In this document: positions 12,460-26,663 of the stretch, piece by piece
Layout of the letters: each line of letters opens with the position of its first letter
How positions within the stretch are numbered: the first letter of the stretch is position 1
Notes under the pieces: generated by a model
The model's input: the letters and a program-made list of their open reading frames with translations, nothing else
What the model was told of the DNA's origin: nothing
The model's database searches: none
Assembly (NCBI GenBank): GCA_964016885.1
Contig: OZ024755.1
Span: 22,878,001 to 22,942,000 of the forward strand
Length of the DNA: 64,000 nucleotides
DNA from: Eledone cirrhosa
Lineage: Eukaryota
Direction: 5' to 3'
Program-made: the position numbers and the translations under genes

Positions 12460-14175
12460 AGGTCAACCTACTTCTAATTAATTAATGATAGAGGTATGTA
12501 GTGGTAGTATGGCCATAGTATGGTGTTACTGTGGACATAGTATAGTAGTGGTGGTGTTATGGACATAGTATAGTGGTGGTGGTGGTGGTGTAGACATAGT
12601 ATATTGGTTGAGGTGGTGGTGGTGGTGGTGTGAAAGGGTCAACCTACTTCTAATTAATGTTAGAGGTCTGTAGTGGTAGTATGGCCATAGTATGGTGTTA
12701 CTGTGGACATAGTATAGTGGTGGTGGTGTTATGGACATAGTATAGTGGTGGTGGTGGTGGTGTAGACATAGTATATTGGTTGAGGTGGTGGTGGTGGTGT
12801 GAAAGGGTCAACCTACTTCTAATTAATGTTAGAGGTCTGTAGTGGTAGTATGGCCATAGTATGGTGTTACTGTGGACATAGTATAGTGGTGGTGGTGTTA
12901 TGGACATAGTATAGTGGTGGTGGTGGTGGTGTAGACATAGTATATTGGTTGAGGTGGTGGTGGTGGTGTGAAAGGGTCAACCTACTTCTAATTAATGTTA
13001 GAGGTCTGTAGTGGTAGTATGGCCATAGTATGGTGTTACTGTGGACATAGTATAGTGGTGGTGGTGTTATGGACATAGTATAGTGGTGGTGGTGGTGGTG
13101 TGGACATAGTATATTGGTTGAGGTGGTGGTGTGAAAGGGTCAACCTACTTCTAATTAATGTTAGAGGTCTGTAGTGGTAGTATGGCCATAGTATGGTGTT
13201 ACTGTGAACATAGTATAGTGGTGATGGTGGTGGTGGTATGGACATAGTATATTGGTTGAGGTGGTGGTGGTGGTGTGAAAAGGTCAACCTACTTCTAATT
13301 AATGTTAGAGGTCTGTAGTGGTAGTATGGCCATAGTATGGTGTTACTGTGGACATAGTATAGTGGTGATAGTGGTGGTGGTATGGACATAGTATATTGGT
13401 TGAGGTGGTGGTGTGAAAGGGTCAACCTACTTTTAATTAATGTTAGAGGCCTGTAGTGGTATTATGGCCATAGTATGGTGATACTGTGGATATAGTATAG
13501 TGGTATGGTGGTATGGACATAGTATATTGGTTGAGGTGGTGGTGGTGGTGTGAAAGGGTCAACCTACTTCTATTTAATGTTAGAGGCTTGTAGTGGTAGT
13601 ATGGCCATAGTATGGTGTTACTGTGGACATAGTATAGTGGTGGTGGTGGTATGAACATAGTATAGTGGTGGCAGTGGTATGGATATAGTATATTGGTTGA
13701 GGTGGTGGTGGTGGTGTGAAAGGGTCAACCTACTTCTATTTAATGTTAGAGGCTTGTAGTGGTAGTATGGCCATAGTATGGTGTTACTGTGGACATAGTA
13801 TAGTGGTGGTGGTGGTATGAACATAGTATAGTGGTGGCAGTGGTATGGATATAGTATATTGGTTGTGGTGGTGGTGTGAAAGGGTCAACCTACTTCTAAT
13901 TAATGATAGAGGTCTGTAGTGGTAGTATGGCCATAGTATGGTGTTACTGTGTACATAGTATAGTGGTGGTGGTGGTATGGACATAGTATAGTGGTTGAGG
14001 TGGTAGTGGTGGTGTGAAAGGGTCAACCTACTTCTAATTAATGTTAGAGGCCTGTAGTGGTAGTATGGCCATAGTATGGTGATACTGTGGACATAGTATA
14101 GTGGTGGTGGTGGTATGGACATAGTATAGTGGTGGCGGTGGTATGGACATAGTATATTGGTTGAGGTGGTGGTGG
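12460..14175. repeat. ~169-bp (135-172 bp) GT-rich tandem satellite, about 11 units
   Basis: Recurrent anchor GGTCAACCTACTTCTAATTAATG with internal GGACATAGTATAGTGGTGG sub-repeats. Confidence 0.93.
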
Positions 14176-15016
14176 TGGTGGTGGTGATGGTAGTGTGGAA
14201 TTAATATAGTGGTGGTGGTAGTAGTAGTGTGGACAACATGGTGGTGGGGGTGGTATGGACATAATATACTTGGACATAAAAGCCAATAAAATATTCTTGG
14301 TAATTCAAAATGGCCGGCCTTGTCACATACTGTGTCATGCTGAATCTCCCTGAGAATTACGTTATGGATTCATATGTCTGTGGAATGTTGAACTATAGAA
14401 CCCCCCCCCCCCCCACACACACACACACACTAATGTTTACACAGACTGGCACTTGCAATGGTGCAATGACTCTGCCTATGTAAGCTACCTACCTACATAA
14501 AATTGTAGAATGAGTCACAAAACACAGAGAGAGATGAACTGCTGCCAACAAACAGTATGTACGCCATTGTTCTACATGTTCAAAGTTGCCAAAATGGTAG
14601 CTAGTTATTTGTTTGTGGGGAATCTCTGAATCTCTGCTGATGATGTTTTTACGTCAACAGTATTTCCCAAAGAAACATTTAATCAGATCTAAAGATATCA
14701 TGCAGACAACAATAATACTACAGAGGGCAACATCTATAATATTTCACCTTCACCTACACCACCACCACCATCACCCCCACCATGAGCAACATCATCACCA
14801 CCATCGCCACTACCCCCCCCCCCCTCACCCCCACCACCACCATCATAATGATGATTACACACACTCCGTATGTTAATATATAATGCAAATGTTTTTACTT
14901 AACTCTCTGCACTTAACTTTTTTCTACCTATCTAGATTTTACACATATATATCACCATCATCCTTATCATATTTATGGTTTTTTTCTTCCATACTTACAT
15001 GGATATATATATATAT

Positions 15017-15710
15017 GTAACAGTAATATACGTGAACGGCAAAGCATAAACGAACTAAGGAAAAAATTAGAGATAAGAGGGATCAGATGTTGTTTACTCG
15101 AGAGAAGGCTACGTTGGTATGGACACGTGATGCGCATGAAAGTCGATAGCTGTATAACAAAGTGCAGGGCAATAAAGATAGACGGTAGTCACGGAATAGG
15201 CAGACCTAGAAAAACCTGGGACGAGCTGATAAACTCCGACATCACACACTTACACCTCTCCAAGACAATGTCACTGGACCGAGATCTTTGGCGGTACTCA
15301 GTAACAGAGAAGACCCGCCTTACCTAAATATATAGTAAAACCTACTCCAGCCAGTAGGCATCTCTAACAAAATACACCCCGTCCCACCCCCACCCCATCC
15401 ACACCACCCCGTTCTATGTAAAGTTATGTTGGTGCCGCGCCATCGAGGCCGAAACAAATGAGATCGTGTAGGTGTCACGACAAAAAACACACAGTCCACG
15501 CTGTAATGTGGCCGTGTAGGCAACACGGTAAAAACCTCCCAGACACACACTGTAAATGTGGTTGGTGTTAGGAAGGGCATCCAACTGTAGAAAACCTGCC
15601 AGACAGTCCTATGCGAGCAAGACAATCACTCTTGCCTCAAGTGGGACTACCCCCGTCCAAACCCATGCAAGCGTGGAACACGGACGTTAAACGTTGATGA
15701 TGATTGATGA

Positions 15711-15715
<5 letters not shown>
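15017..15715 (+). mobile_element. 5'-truncated RTE LINE (same family as 44742-47503)
   Basis: ORF end ...RLRWYGHVMRMKVDSCITKCRAIKIDGSHGIGRPRKTW...RDLWR plus a 3' UTR ending in (TGA)n; nearly collinear with 46775-47503. Confidence 0.9.
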
Positions 15716-15748
<33 letters not shown>

Positions 15749-15888
15749 AACTGATGTTGTTACATTGAGCTATTTATCTTACTGGTAATAAGGTAGTAAT
15801 AAATTACTGTCTTTCACTATTTAGGGTTTAAAATATATATAACTATAAAAGGTTTTAGTATATACATAACCATAAATAGTATCCTTAA

Positions 15889-15939
<51 letters not shown>

Positions 15940-16001
15940 TATCATGCTATTAAGTTTGATATAGTCTGGGCTAACACTGGCTACAATCTATCAAAGTTAT
16001 A

Positions 16002-16080
<79 letters not shown>

Positions 16081-16446
16081 CAGATAATAAGGAATTTTAT
16101 CCATCGAGGTTATGTTGTACCTCCGAGAGGTTAAACCGGTTTAAGCAATCCAAAAGCACTTCATGTCAGTAGTGTATCCCCAGCTAAGTGTTGGTGGTAA
16201 GGTGTGATGGAGTTTCCTTTTATGAAATGTTGTTCAAACAGGGTTACTTTCACATAATTGTTTTATTGCATAATATACATTTCAATGGCATGCTTATGCA
16301 ATGGTCATATCATTGACAGTCTCCCCATGTAATATCATCAGATGCTCATACAATTATGAGGTGTAGTTATGCAAGTGTGCTGATATGCCGCATGCAATGT
16401 ATTACAATCTTGGTGAAATGTGAGTGAAAATATGCGATACTGAGTC

Positions 16447-16651
16447 TCATTTCTTATTAATTGTTTCTACTTTAGGCACAAGGCCAGCAATTACCCAGTG
16501 CATTACTGGTACTTTATTTTATCGACCCCGTAAGGATGAAAGGCAAAGTCAACCTCGGCGGGATTTGAACTCAGATCGTAAAGGGACGTAACTATGCTGG
16601 AAAGCATGGCGTCCGACCCTCTACTGATACTGCCAATCATTTCTTATTAAT
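16447..16651 (-). mobile_element. SINE family A with 15-bp TSD
   Basis: TSD TCATTTCTTATTAAT at 16447-16461 and 16637-16651. Confidence 0.9.
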
Positions 16652-16735
16652 GTCTGGTGGCAGATGTATCTGCCTTTTGATTGGTGGACTTTCTAGGCTC
16701 TGAGAAAAGTTCCTTAATGCTATTGTTGATAAATT

Positions 16736-16822
16736 TATTCCTTCTAGCTCGGCGAATAAAAAGATAACATTCGTCTATATATATATACGAATCTTATCTT
16801 TTTATTCACCGAGCTAGAAGGA

Positions 16823-16824
<2 letters not shown>
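16736..16824. repeat. Inverted repeat with ~40-bp arms around a TA spacer
   Basis: TATTCCTTCTAGCTCGGCGAATAAAAAGATAACATTCGT / ACGAATCTTATCTTTTTATTCACCGAGCTAGAAGGAATA. Confidence 0.85.
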
Positions 16825-16853
<29 letters not shown>

Positions 16854-16854
<1 letters not shown>

Positions 16855-17554
16855 TGAAGAGGTTGGCGCGGGTGGTCTTGTCCAACCTCCCCTTGAGCAC
16901 ATCCCTTATGCCGTTGAACGCCTTCCATCCAGCCCTTACTTTCCGCGAGATCTCCCTCTCAATGTCTCGGCGCATGTTCCCTTCTTGTCCCAGGTAGACG
17001 TATTCCTTCACCTCCTCTATTTCATCACCGCCAACCACCATTCGACCTGTTGGTATGTTGTCGGACCGCATGAACTTCGTTTTCATGCGGTTCATCTTGA
17101 GGCCTACTGCAGAGCTTTACCTGCAATGTTATATGGCAGTGAAACTTGGGCTACAACGAAGAGAGAAGAGCAGAGGCTGGTAATGGCTCAAAGAGCCATG
17201 GAGAGATCAATGTTAGGAATCTCATTGAGAGAGCATATCAGGAGCGAAGTCATCAGACAGAAATCCGGCGTGAGGGATGTCATCACGGAATATATGCGCA
17301 GCAAGTTCAGATGGGCTGGACACGCCGTCCGGTTCACTGATAATCGGTGGACCCGAGCAGTTGCCGAGTGGTACCCACGCGAGCAAAAACTACCACTTGG
17401 AAGGCCTCCACGAGGGTGGAGTTACGATTTTAAGAATACGATTGGGAATACATGGATGAGGAAAGCACGATCCAGGGAGGAATGGACGGCGTGCTGTGAC
17501 CAGCGGCGCTGAATGGACGCCCAACAGACTGGTCGGTCAAGGTGATCAAGGTGA
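16854..17554 (+). mobile_element. RTE (BovB-like) LINE 3' fragment with an inverted 5' segment
   Basis: The minus segment 16854-17102 encodes ...KTKFM...EYVYLGQ...EISRKVRAGWKAF...RANLFN. The plus segment 17103-17512 continues LPAMLYGSETW...KFRWAGH...PLGRPPRGW. The 3' end is (TCAAGGTGA)x2. Confidence 0.88.
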
Positions 17555-17559
17555 TATAT

Positions 17560-17598
<39 letters not shown>

Positions 17599-18370
17599 CA
17601 TGCTAGCGTGAAATATGGATGTTAAACGATAAATACACACATATTTTCAATCAGAAACATATATATAAGTGAAAATATACAGTTATAAGCACATACATTG
17701 CATCCATTAATGCATCGCTATAGAAATCTCTATTCAAAGATATTTCCAGAGATAAGTGAATCCTCATGAGGAAATGCTAAATACTATTAAAAATCTCAAA
17801 GGTCCATCTACCATATAGAGAATTGGTGAGATTTGTAATGTAACTTTCTCATTATTTAGTTGGTGTTTGGAATATAACTTAACAAAGGTTCTTACATAAA
17901 ATTATGATGAAAGGGTTTTAGATAAATATCTATGTATGTATGTGTAGACCCATAACTCCTGAGGATGTCAACGGGGTGCTATTGACATACTTTATTTCTA
18001 GAGCATTTTAAAACCTGGCGGAGCCCGGTACTAGATAGGTACTTGACCCCAGTACTAGATAGGTACTTTTTTATCGACCTTGATTGGATGAAAGGCAAAG
18101 TTGACCTCGGCAGTATTTAAACTCAGAGATCCGGAATGAATACTGCAAAGCATTCTATCTGACATTCTAACGATTGCTAATTAATTGCCTTTTAAATGAA
18201 TATAAAGTTAAAAACTACTAATTACATGCTTTAGAATTACACCCCAAACACACACTACTATATAACAATAACCAAATGTACACTAATTACTCGTATGTGG
18301 CAGGGTGGGTGGGGTCGATAGATGACATCAAGCTACAGCCATTATACTATGTGTATTTTTTAAAATATAT

Positions 18371-18713
18371 GCAGGCACATGGCTTAGTGGTTAGAGCATT
18401 GGCCTTGCAATCGAAAGGTTGTGAGTTCAATTCTCAGACCGGGTGATGTGTTGTTTCCTTGAGCAAGACACTTTATTTCACATTGCTCCAGTTCACTCAG
18501 CTGTAGAAATGAGATGATAGGGATCCCAGTCCCTATCACTCCACTGCAAAGTGATCGTGGAGGTGCCACGGCAAAAAAGCACCCAGCACTCACTGTAAAT
18601 GAGGTTGGCGTTAGGAAGGGCATCCAGCTGTAGAAATCAAGCCAGAATCAGTTCCCGTCCCACCCTTGCAAGCAGGGAAAAGTGGACGTAAATTGAAATG
18701 AAATTGAAATGAT
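18371..18713 (+). mobile_element. SINE family B
   Basis: Near-identical to 6294-6686. Confidence 0.88.
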
Positions 18714-18855
18714 ATATCTATACATATATGTGTTTGATGTGTCTGTATGTATGCATGTATATTTTGATTTCCATGTGTCTAACACACATGGACATGCCCA
18801 CAAAGTCAGAAAACAGCACAGTTCCCATGACTTTCGGAAACAGTTGTTAGCTGTC

Positions 18856-19075
18856 GAGACACTGCATCCTTTAAAACCTCCATGCTTCCCGAGACTCGCC
18901 AACACTACACCTAATGTTCCCCCTCCATACACATACACACATGTATATCATGACTCATACACTATTCACTTCCCTGACATTTGTGCATTATTCTATGTAC
19001 TATACATGCACCTTTGACGAGTTGTAGTGCACCTGAGCACTGTACACAATAATTTCATTATTATATTATTATTAT
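18856..19075 (+). mobile_element. LINE-like 3' end (CR1/L2-type tail with (ATT)n); second copy at 58272-58478
   Basis: Two ~200-bp homologous copies ending GCACTGTACACAATAATTTCATTATTAT. The clade assignment is inferred. Confidence 0.55.
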
Positions 19076-19077
19076 TT

Positions 19078-19258
19078 ATTGGCAGTATCGGTAGAGGGTT
19101 GGACGCCATGCTTTCCAGCATAGTTACGTCCCTTTACGATCTGAGTTCAAATCCCGCCGAGGTTGACTTTGCCTTTCATCCTTACGGGGTTGATAAAATA
19201 AAGTACCAGTAATGCACTGGGTAATTGCTGGCCTTGTGCCTAAAGTAGAAACAATTAT
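19078..19258 (+). mobile_element. SINE family A
   Basis: Head, core and tail; inserted in the ATT tail of the previous element. Confidence 0.88.
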
Positions 19259-19729
19259 TATTTATACACAAAGAAACACACACACACTCATTTTGTATCT
19301 GCAGCACTTGATTGGACAATATCCAGGAGATACAAAATAGAAACTCTCCACCCTTGCCAATCAGATAATATCATTTCTTACATTTTATTTGCCTAACTCT
19401 ATGCCATTTATTATTATTATTATTATTATTATTATCATTTCTGTAAACAAATCTGTTTTATCTGAAACATCATATACCCTAACTCCTACTGCTCCCCATG
19501 ATATCTCACCACAAGCCTCTTGCTGTCACTCTGTCTAGCAAGATGAAGACACACACACACACACACACACACTTATTTAACCGCCAACCCACCCCCGCAT
19601 ACATACATTGAGATGCTTGCCCATAGACATTACGTAAAAACAACAAATACACAAGTACAAATATCCATGCACACACATATACTAACAGGCACACACACAC
19701 ACACACACACATACATACACACACACACA

Positions 19730-22700
19730 TACACATACTAACATATATATACACACTAAAAATACACAGCACACATACTGACAGGCATACACACATACTA
19801 ACATATATATACACACTAAAAATACACAGCACACACATACTGACAGGCATACATACATACTAACATATATATATATACACACTAAAAATACACAGCACAC
19901 ATACTGACAGGCATACACACATACTAACATATATATACACACTAAAAATACACAGCACACACATACTGACAGGCATACATACATACTAACATATATATAC
20001 ACACTAAAAATACACAGCACACACATACTGACAGGCATACATACATACTAACATATATATATATACACACTAAAAATACACAGCACACATACTGACAGGC
20101 ATACATACATACTAACATATATATATATACACACTAAAAATACACAGCACACATACTGACAAGCATACATACATACTAACATATATATATATACACACTA
20201 AAAATACACAGCACACACATACTGACAAGCATACATACATACTAACATATGTATACACACTAAAAATACACAGCACACACATACTGACAAGCATACATAC
20301 ATACTAACATATATATATATACACACTAAAAATACACAGCACACACATACTGACAAGCATACATACATACTAACATATATATATATACACACTAAAAATA
20401 CACAGCACACACATACTGACAAGCATACATACATACTAACATATATATATATACACACTAAAAATACACAGCACACATACTGACAAGCATACATACATAC
20501 TAACATATATATATATACACACTAAAAATACACAGCACACACATACTGACAGGCATACATACATACTAACATATGTATACACACTAAAAATACACAGCAC
20601 ACACATACTGACAAGCATACATACATACTAACATATATATACACACTAAAAATACACAGCACACACATACTGACAAGCATACATACATACTAACATATAT
20701 ATACACACTAAAAATACACAGCACACACATACTGACAAGCATACATACATACTAACATATATATATATACACACTAAAAATACACAGCACACACATACTG
20801 ACAAGCATACACACATACTAACATATATATACACACTAAAAATACACAGCACACACATACTGACAGGCATACATACATACTAACATATATATACACACTA
20901 AAAATACACAGCACACACATACTGACAGGCATACACACATACTAACATATATATACACACTAAAAATACACAGCACACACATACTGACAGGCATACACAC
21001 ATACTAACATATATATACACACTAAAAATACACAGCACACATACTGACAGGCATACATACATACTAACATATATATATATACACACTAAAAATACACAGC
21101 ACACATACTGACAGGCATACATACATACTAACATATATATATATACACACTAAAAATACACAGCACACATACTGACAGGCATACATACATACTAACATAT
21201 ATATATATACACACTAAAAATACACAGCACACACATACTGACAAGCATACACACATACTAACATATATATACACACTAAAAATACACAGCACACATACTG
21301 ACAAGCATACATACATACTAACATATATATACACACTAAAAATACACAGCACACACATACTGACAGGCATACACACATACTAACATATATATACACACTA
21401 AAAATACACAGCACACACATACTGACAAGCATACATACATACTAACATATATATACACACTAAAAATACACAGCACACACATACTGACAAGCATACACAC
21501 ATACTAACATATATATATATACACACTAAAAATACACAGCACACATACTGACAGGCATACATACATACTAACATATGTATATATACACACTAAAAATACA
21601 CAGCACACACATACTGACAAGCATACATACATACTAACATATATATATATACACACTAAAAATACACAGCACACACATACTGACAGGCATACACACATAC
21701 TAACATATATATATATACACACTAAAAATACACAGCACACACATACTGACAAGCATACACACATACTAACATATATATATATACACACTAAAAATACACA
21801 GCACACACATACTGACAAGCATACACACATACTAACATATATATATATACACACTAAAAATACACAGCACACACATACTGACAAGCATACACACATACTA
21901 ACATATATATACACACTAAAAATACACAGCACACACATACTGACAGGCATACACACATACTAACATATATATATATACACACTAAAAATACACAGCACAC
22001 ACATACTGACAAGCATACATACATACTAACATATATATACACACTAAAAATACACAGCACACACATACTGACAGGCATACATACATACTAACATATATAT
22101 ACACACTAAAAATACACAGCACACACATACTGACAGGCATACACACATACTAACATATGTATACACACTAAAAATACACAGCACACACATACTGACAGGC
22201 ATACACACATACTAACATATATATATATACACACTAAAAATACACAGCACACATACTGACAGGCATACATACATACTAACATATATATACACACTAAAAA
22301 TACACAGCACACACATACTGACAGGCATACATACATACTAACATATATATACACACTAAAAATACACAGCACACACATACTGACAGGCATACATACATAC
22401 TAACATATATATATATACACACTAAAAATACACAGCACACATACTGACAAGCATACATACATACTAACATATATATATATACACACTAAAAATACACAGC
22501 ACACACATACTGACAAGCATACATACATACTAACATATATATACACACTAAAAATACACAGCACACACATACTGACAGGCATACATACATACTAACATAT
22601 ATATATATACACACTAAAAATACACAGCACACATACTGACAAGCATACATACATACTAACATATATATATATACACACTAAAAATACACAGCACACACAT

Positions 22701-24095
22701 ACTGACAAGCATACATACATACTAACATATATATACACACTAAAAATACACAGCACACACATACTGACAGGCATACACACATACTAACATATATATATAT
22801 ACACACTAAAAATACACAGCACACACATACTGACAAGCATACACACATACTAACATATATATACACACTAAAAATACACAGCACACATACTGACAAGCAT
22901 ACATACATACTAACATATATATATATACACACTAAAAATACACAGCACACACATACTGACAAGCATACATACATACTAACATATATATACACACTAAAAA
23001 TACACAGCACACATACTGACAAGCATACATACATACTAACATATATATATATACACACTAAAAATACACAGCACACACATACTGACAAGCATACATACAT
23101 ACTAACATATGTATACACACTAAAAATACACAGCACACACATACTGACAGGCATACATACATACTAACATATATATATATACACACTAAAAATACACAGC
23201 ACACATACTGACAAGCATACATACATACTAACATATATATATATACACACTAAAAATACACAGCACACATACTGACAAGCATACATACATACTAACATAT
23301 ATATATATACACACTAAAAATACACAGCACACACATACTGACAGGCATACATACATACTAACATATATATATATACACACTAAAAATACACAGCACACAT
23401 ACTGACAAGCATACATACATACTAACATATATATATATACACACTAAAAATACACAGCACACACATACTGACAGGCATACATACATACTAACATATATAT
23501 ACACACTAAAAATACACAGCACACACATACTGACAGGCATACACACATACTAACATATATATATATACACACTAAAAATACACAGCACACACATACTGAC
23601 AGGCATACACACATACTAACATATATATATATACACACTAAAAATACACAGCACACATACTGACAGGCATACATACATACTAACATATATATATATACAC
23701 ACTAAAAATACACAGCACACATACTGACAGGCATACATACATACTAACATATATATATATACACACTAAAAATACACAGCACACACATACTGACAAGCAT
23801 ACATACATACTAACATATATATACACACTAAAAATACACAGCACACACATACTGACAAGCATACATACATACTAACATATATATACACACTAAAAATACA
23901 CAGCACACATACTGACAAGCATACATACATACTAACATATATATATATACACACTAAAAATACACAGCACACACATACTGACAGGCATACACACATACTA
24001 ACATATATATACACACTAAAAATACACAGCACACACATACTGACAGGCATACATACATATATATACTAAAAATACACAGCACACACATACTAACA
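19730..24095. repeat. ~60-66-bp satellite array (~4.4 kb)
   Basis: Unit CATACTAACA(TA)nCACACTAAAAATACACAGCAC(AC)nATACTGACA(G/A)GCATAC; variation is confined to dinucleotide counts and a few SNPs. Confidence 0.97.
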
Positions 24096-24449
24096 GAAGC
24101 ACACACACATACTGAATGGCACATACATACTATAAATACACAACACTCTCAGACAATATATACCACAACAAACCTTTACAGAAATGCATACAATTAGGTA
24201 TGCATTAACTTATAAGTTATATATGCATATAATATGCAACATCATCATCATCACTGTTTAATGTTTATTTTTCCTTGCTTTTATGGGTTAGACAGGTCGT
24301 CCACACTGAGAAAAGTCTGGCCAGTTGGCTGTGCCATACCTTGCCAAAATGGAACTTTATTTTGACTGTTTTTTTTACAGCTGGATATCCTTCTTAATGT
24401 ACATATAGTATATATATTATATATAATATATATAAATAAAATATATATA

Positions 24450-24845
24450 TCGCCTTGCCTATGTACAAAGCGAAACCTACAGTCAGTAGGCACCTCTTAA
24501 CCAAATATATACCCCATTCCACTACCCCTACTCCCACCAACACCACCCTTTCTCTGTAGAGTTATGTTGGTACCACAACATCCAGTTCAAAATAAATGAG
24601 GTCGTGTAGCTGTCACGACAAAAAGAACACAGTCCACACTGTAATGTGGCCGTGTAGGTAACACGGTAAAAACCTCCCAGTCCACACTGTAAACGTGGTT
24701 GGTGTTAGGAAGGGCATCCAGCCGTAGAAAACCTGCCAGACAGTCCTATACGAGCAAGACAACCATTCTTGCCTCAAGTAGGACAACTCCCGTCTAAACC
24801 CATGCTAGTGTGGAAGATAGACGTTGAACGATGATGATGATGATG
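24450..24845 (+). mobile_element. RTE LINE 3' UTR copy
   Basis: Collinear with 47073-47503; (TGA)n tail. Confidence 0.85.
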
Positions 24846-25202
24846 GTGGATGGGTGCTACACGAGAATGCTGAGGATGGCTCTGAACATTAATCAGTATA
24901 CACTGAGGATGAAAAACTCAGAGCTGTATGGGAGCCCCCCAAAAGTCAGCTCAAAAGTGACACAGAGGAGACTGAGGTTAGCCGGACATGCTCACCGACA
25001 TCCAGAGTTGACACTGCACTCAGTGCTCCTGTGGGAGCCCCTGCAAGGACACACTGGAAGAGGAAGACCAAGGTTAACGTATGTTGATGCCCTAAGGACA
25101 GACACTGGTCTGTTGGAGACGCAGGACATGGCAGCGATAATGAGGGACAGAGACTGCTGGAGAGAACTCGTCCATGGATCTTGGGAATTTTACCCGCCCT
25201 AG
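24846..25202 (+). mobile_element. RTE/RTEX-like LINE ORF2 C-terminal fragment (distinct family)
   Basis: DGCYTRMLRMALN...RRLRLAGHAHRH...LLWEP...GRGRPRLTYVD...MRDRDCWR motifs. Confidence 0.8.
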
Positions 25203-25267
25203 AATATATAATATATAAATTATATATCATATATATATTTATATATATATGTGTGTATGTATATATA

Positions 25268-25402
25268 TCAGATTGGAGGCAGTAAAAACCAGTTAGACCA
25301 TTACTCACCAGAGTACTTGATGATACTAGGGGTGGCAGAGTGCATAATATTAAAAAAATTCAGGTCACCCCGATGGCTGAGCTACGGCCGTTTCAACTGC
25401 TG
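25268..25402 (-). mobile_element. Diverged third copy of the palindrome-headed element (tail + one arm)
   Basis: CCAGTTAGACCATTACTCACCAGAGTACTTGA...CACCCCGATGGCTGAGCTACGGCCGTTTCAAC matches the reverse complement of the tail and right arm of 1962-2080 / 2310-2430. Confidence 0.7.
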
Positions 25403-25599
25403 TTTTTATATATATATATATATAATATAATATATATGTACAGATATATGTATGCATATAATATATATGTACAGATATATGTATGCATATAATATATATG
25501 TACAAATATATATGTACATATAGTATATGTGTACACATATATGATTTGAGGGAGGATGGTGTATCATCTATTTGAGTGTGGATGGTATATCTTCACTAC

Positions 25600-26085
25600 C
25601 CTCACCATCACCATCATCACTACCACCACACACACACACTCCACCACCACCACCACCACCACCATCATCACACACACACTCCACCACCACCACCACCACC
25701 ACCACACACTCCACCACCACCACCACCACCACCACACACTCCACCACCACCACCACCACCACACACTCCACCACCACCACCACCACCACCACCACCACCA
25801 CACACTCCACCACCACCACCACCACCACCACCACACACTCCACCACCACCACCACCACCACACACTCCACCACCACCACCACCACCACCACACACTCCAC
25901 CACCACCACCACCACACACTCCACCACCACACACTCCACCACCACCACCACCACCACACACTCCACCACCACCATCACCACCACCACCACACACTCCACC
26001 ACCACCATCACCACCACCACCACACACTCCACCACCACCACCACCACCACCACCACACACTCCACCACCACCACCACCACCTCCA
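25600..26085. repeat. (CAC)n with periodic CACACT
   Basis: Direct reading. Confidence 0.93.
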
Positions 26086-26405
26086 TAAAGTTTCCATACA
26101 AAGTATCATTTCATAAGCATCCTGGAATGTTTTGGCAGACATTTCCAACTATCATTTCAAGTGAAAAGTTCAAAACAACAAAGTTTTGTTTTAATAACTG
26201 CTGGTAATATGGAACCCCGACCAATATCTTGGAATTAGAAATTTAACAGGCGGAACCTCTTTCAAATGCCAGGCTGCCAAAATAAACAGACAGTGACAAA
26301 ATATGTTTAAAACTTTATACACCAATAGATTTCAAATATTTTCCATAATGACACATATCCTAAACATAACTCCCCCGCCCCTCTCTCTCTCTCTCTGCAT
26401 GTATG

Positions 26406-26445
<40 letters not shown>

Positions 26446-26498
26446 TGTTTAATGTCCATCTTCCACTCTAGCAAATATATATACATATATATATATAT

Positions 26499-26530
<32 letters not shown>

Positions 26531-26627
26531 GTGTGTGTATACAAAATGTAAATGGAAACAACAAAGCAAACAGCACAGTACAATGAAGAAATATATTAGT
26601 TTAACGCTTGATATAGCAAGAAAAGTG

Positions 26628-26663
26628 TCTTTACATTTCGGACACTAAGCCTTCATCAGAAGA
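26628..26663 (-). ncRNA. Degenerate minimal type I hammerhead ribozyme motif
   Basis: Minus strand: TCTT-CTGATGA-AGGCTTAGTGTCC-GAAA-TG-TA-AAGA. Stem I is TCTT/AAGA and the triplet is GUA; stems II and III are weakened. Confidence 0.5.

Noticed and set aside
19730-24095. Cys-rich ORFs or a CRISPR-like array in the satellite
   Set aside because: Pure tandem satellite; variation is limited to dinucleotide slippage and a few SNPs.
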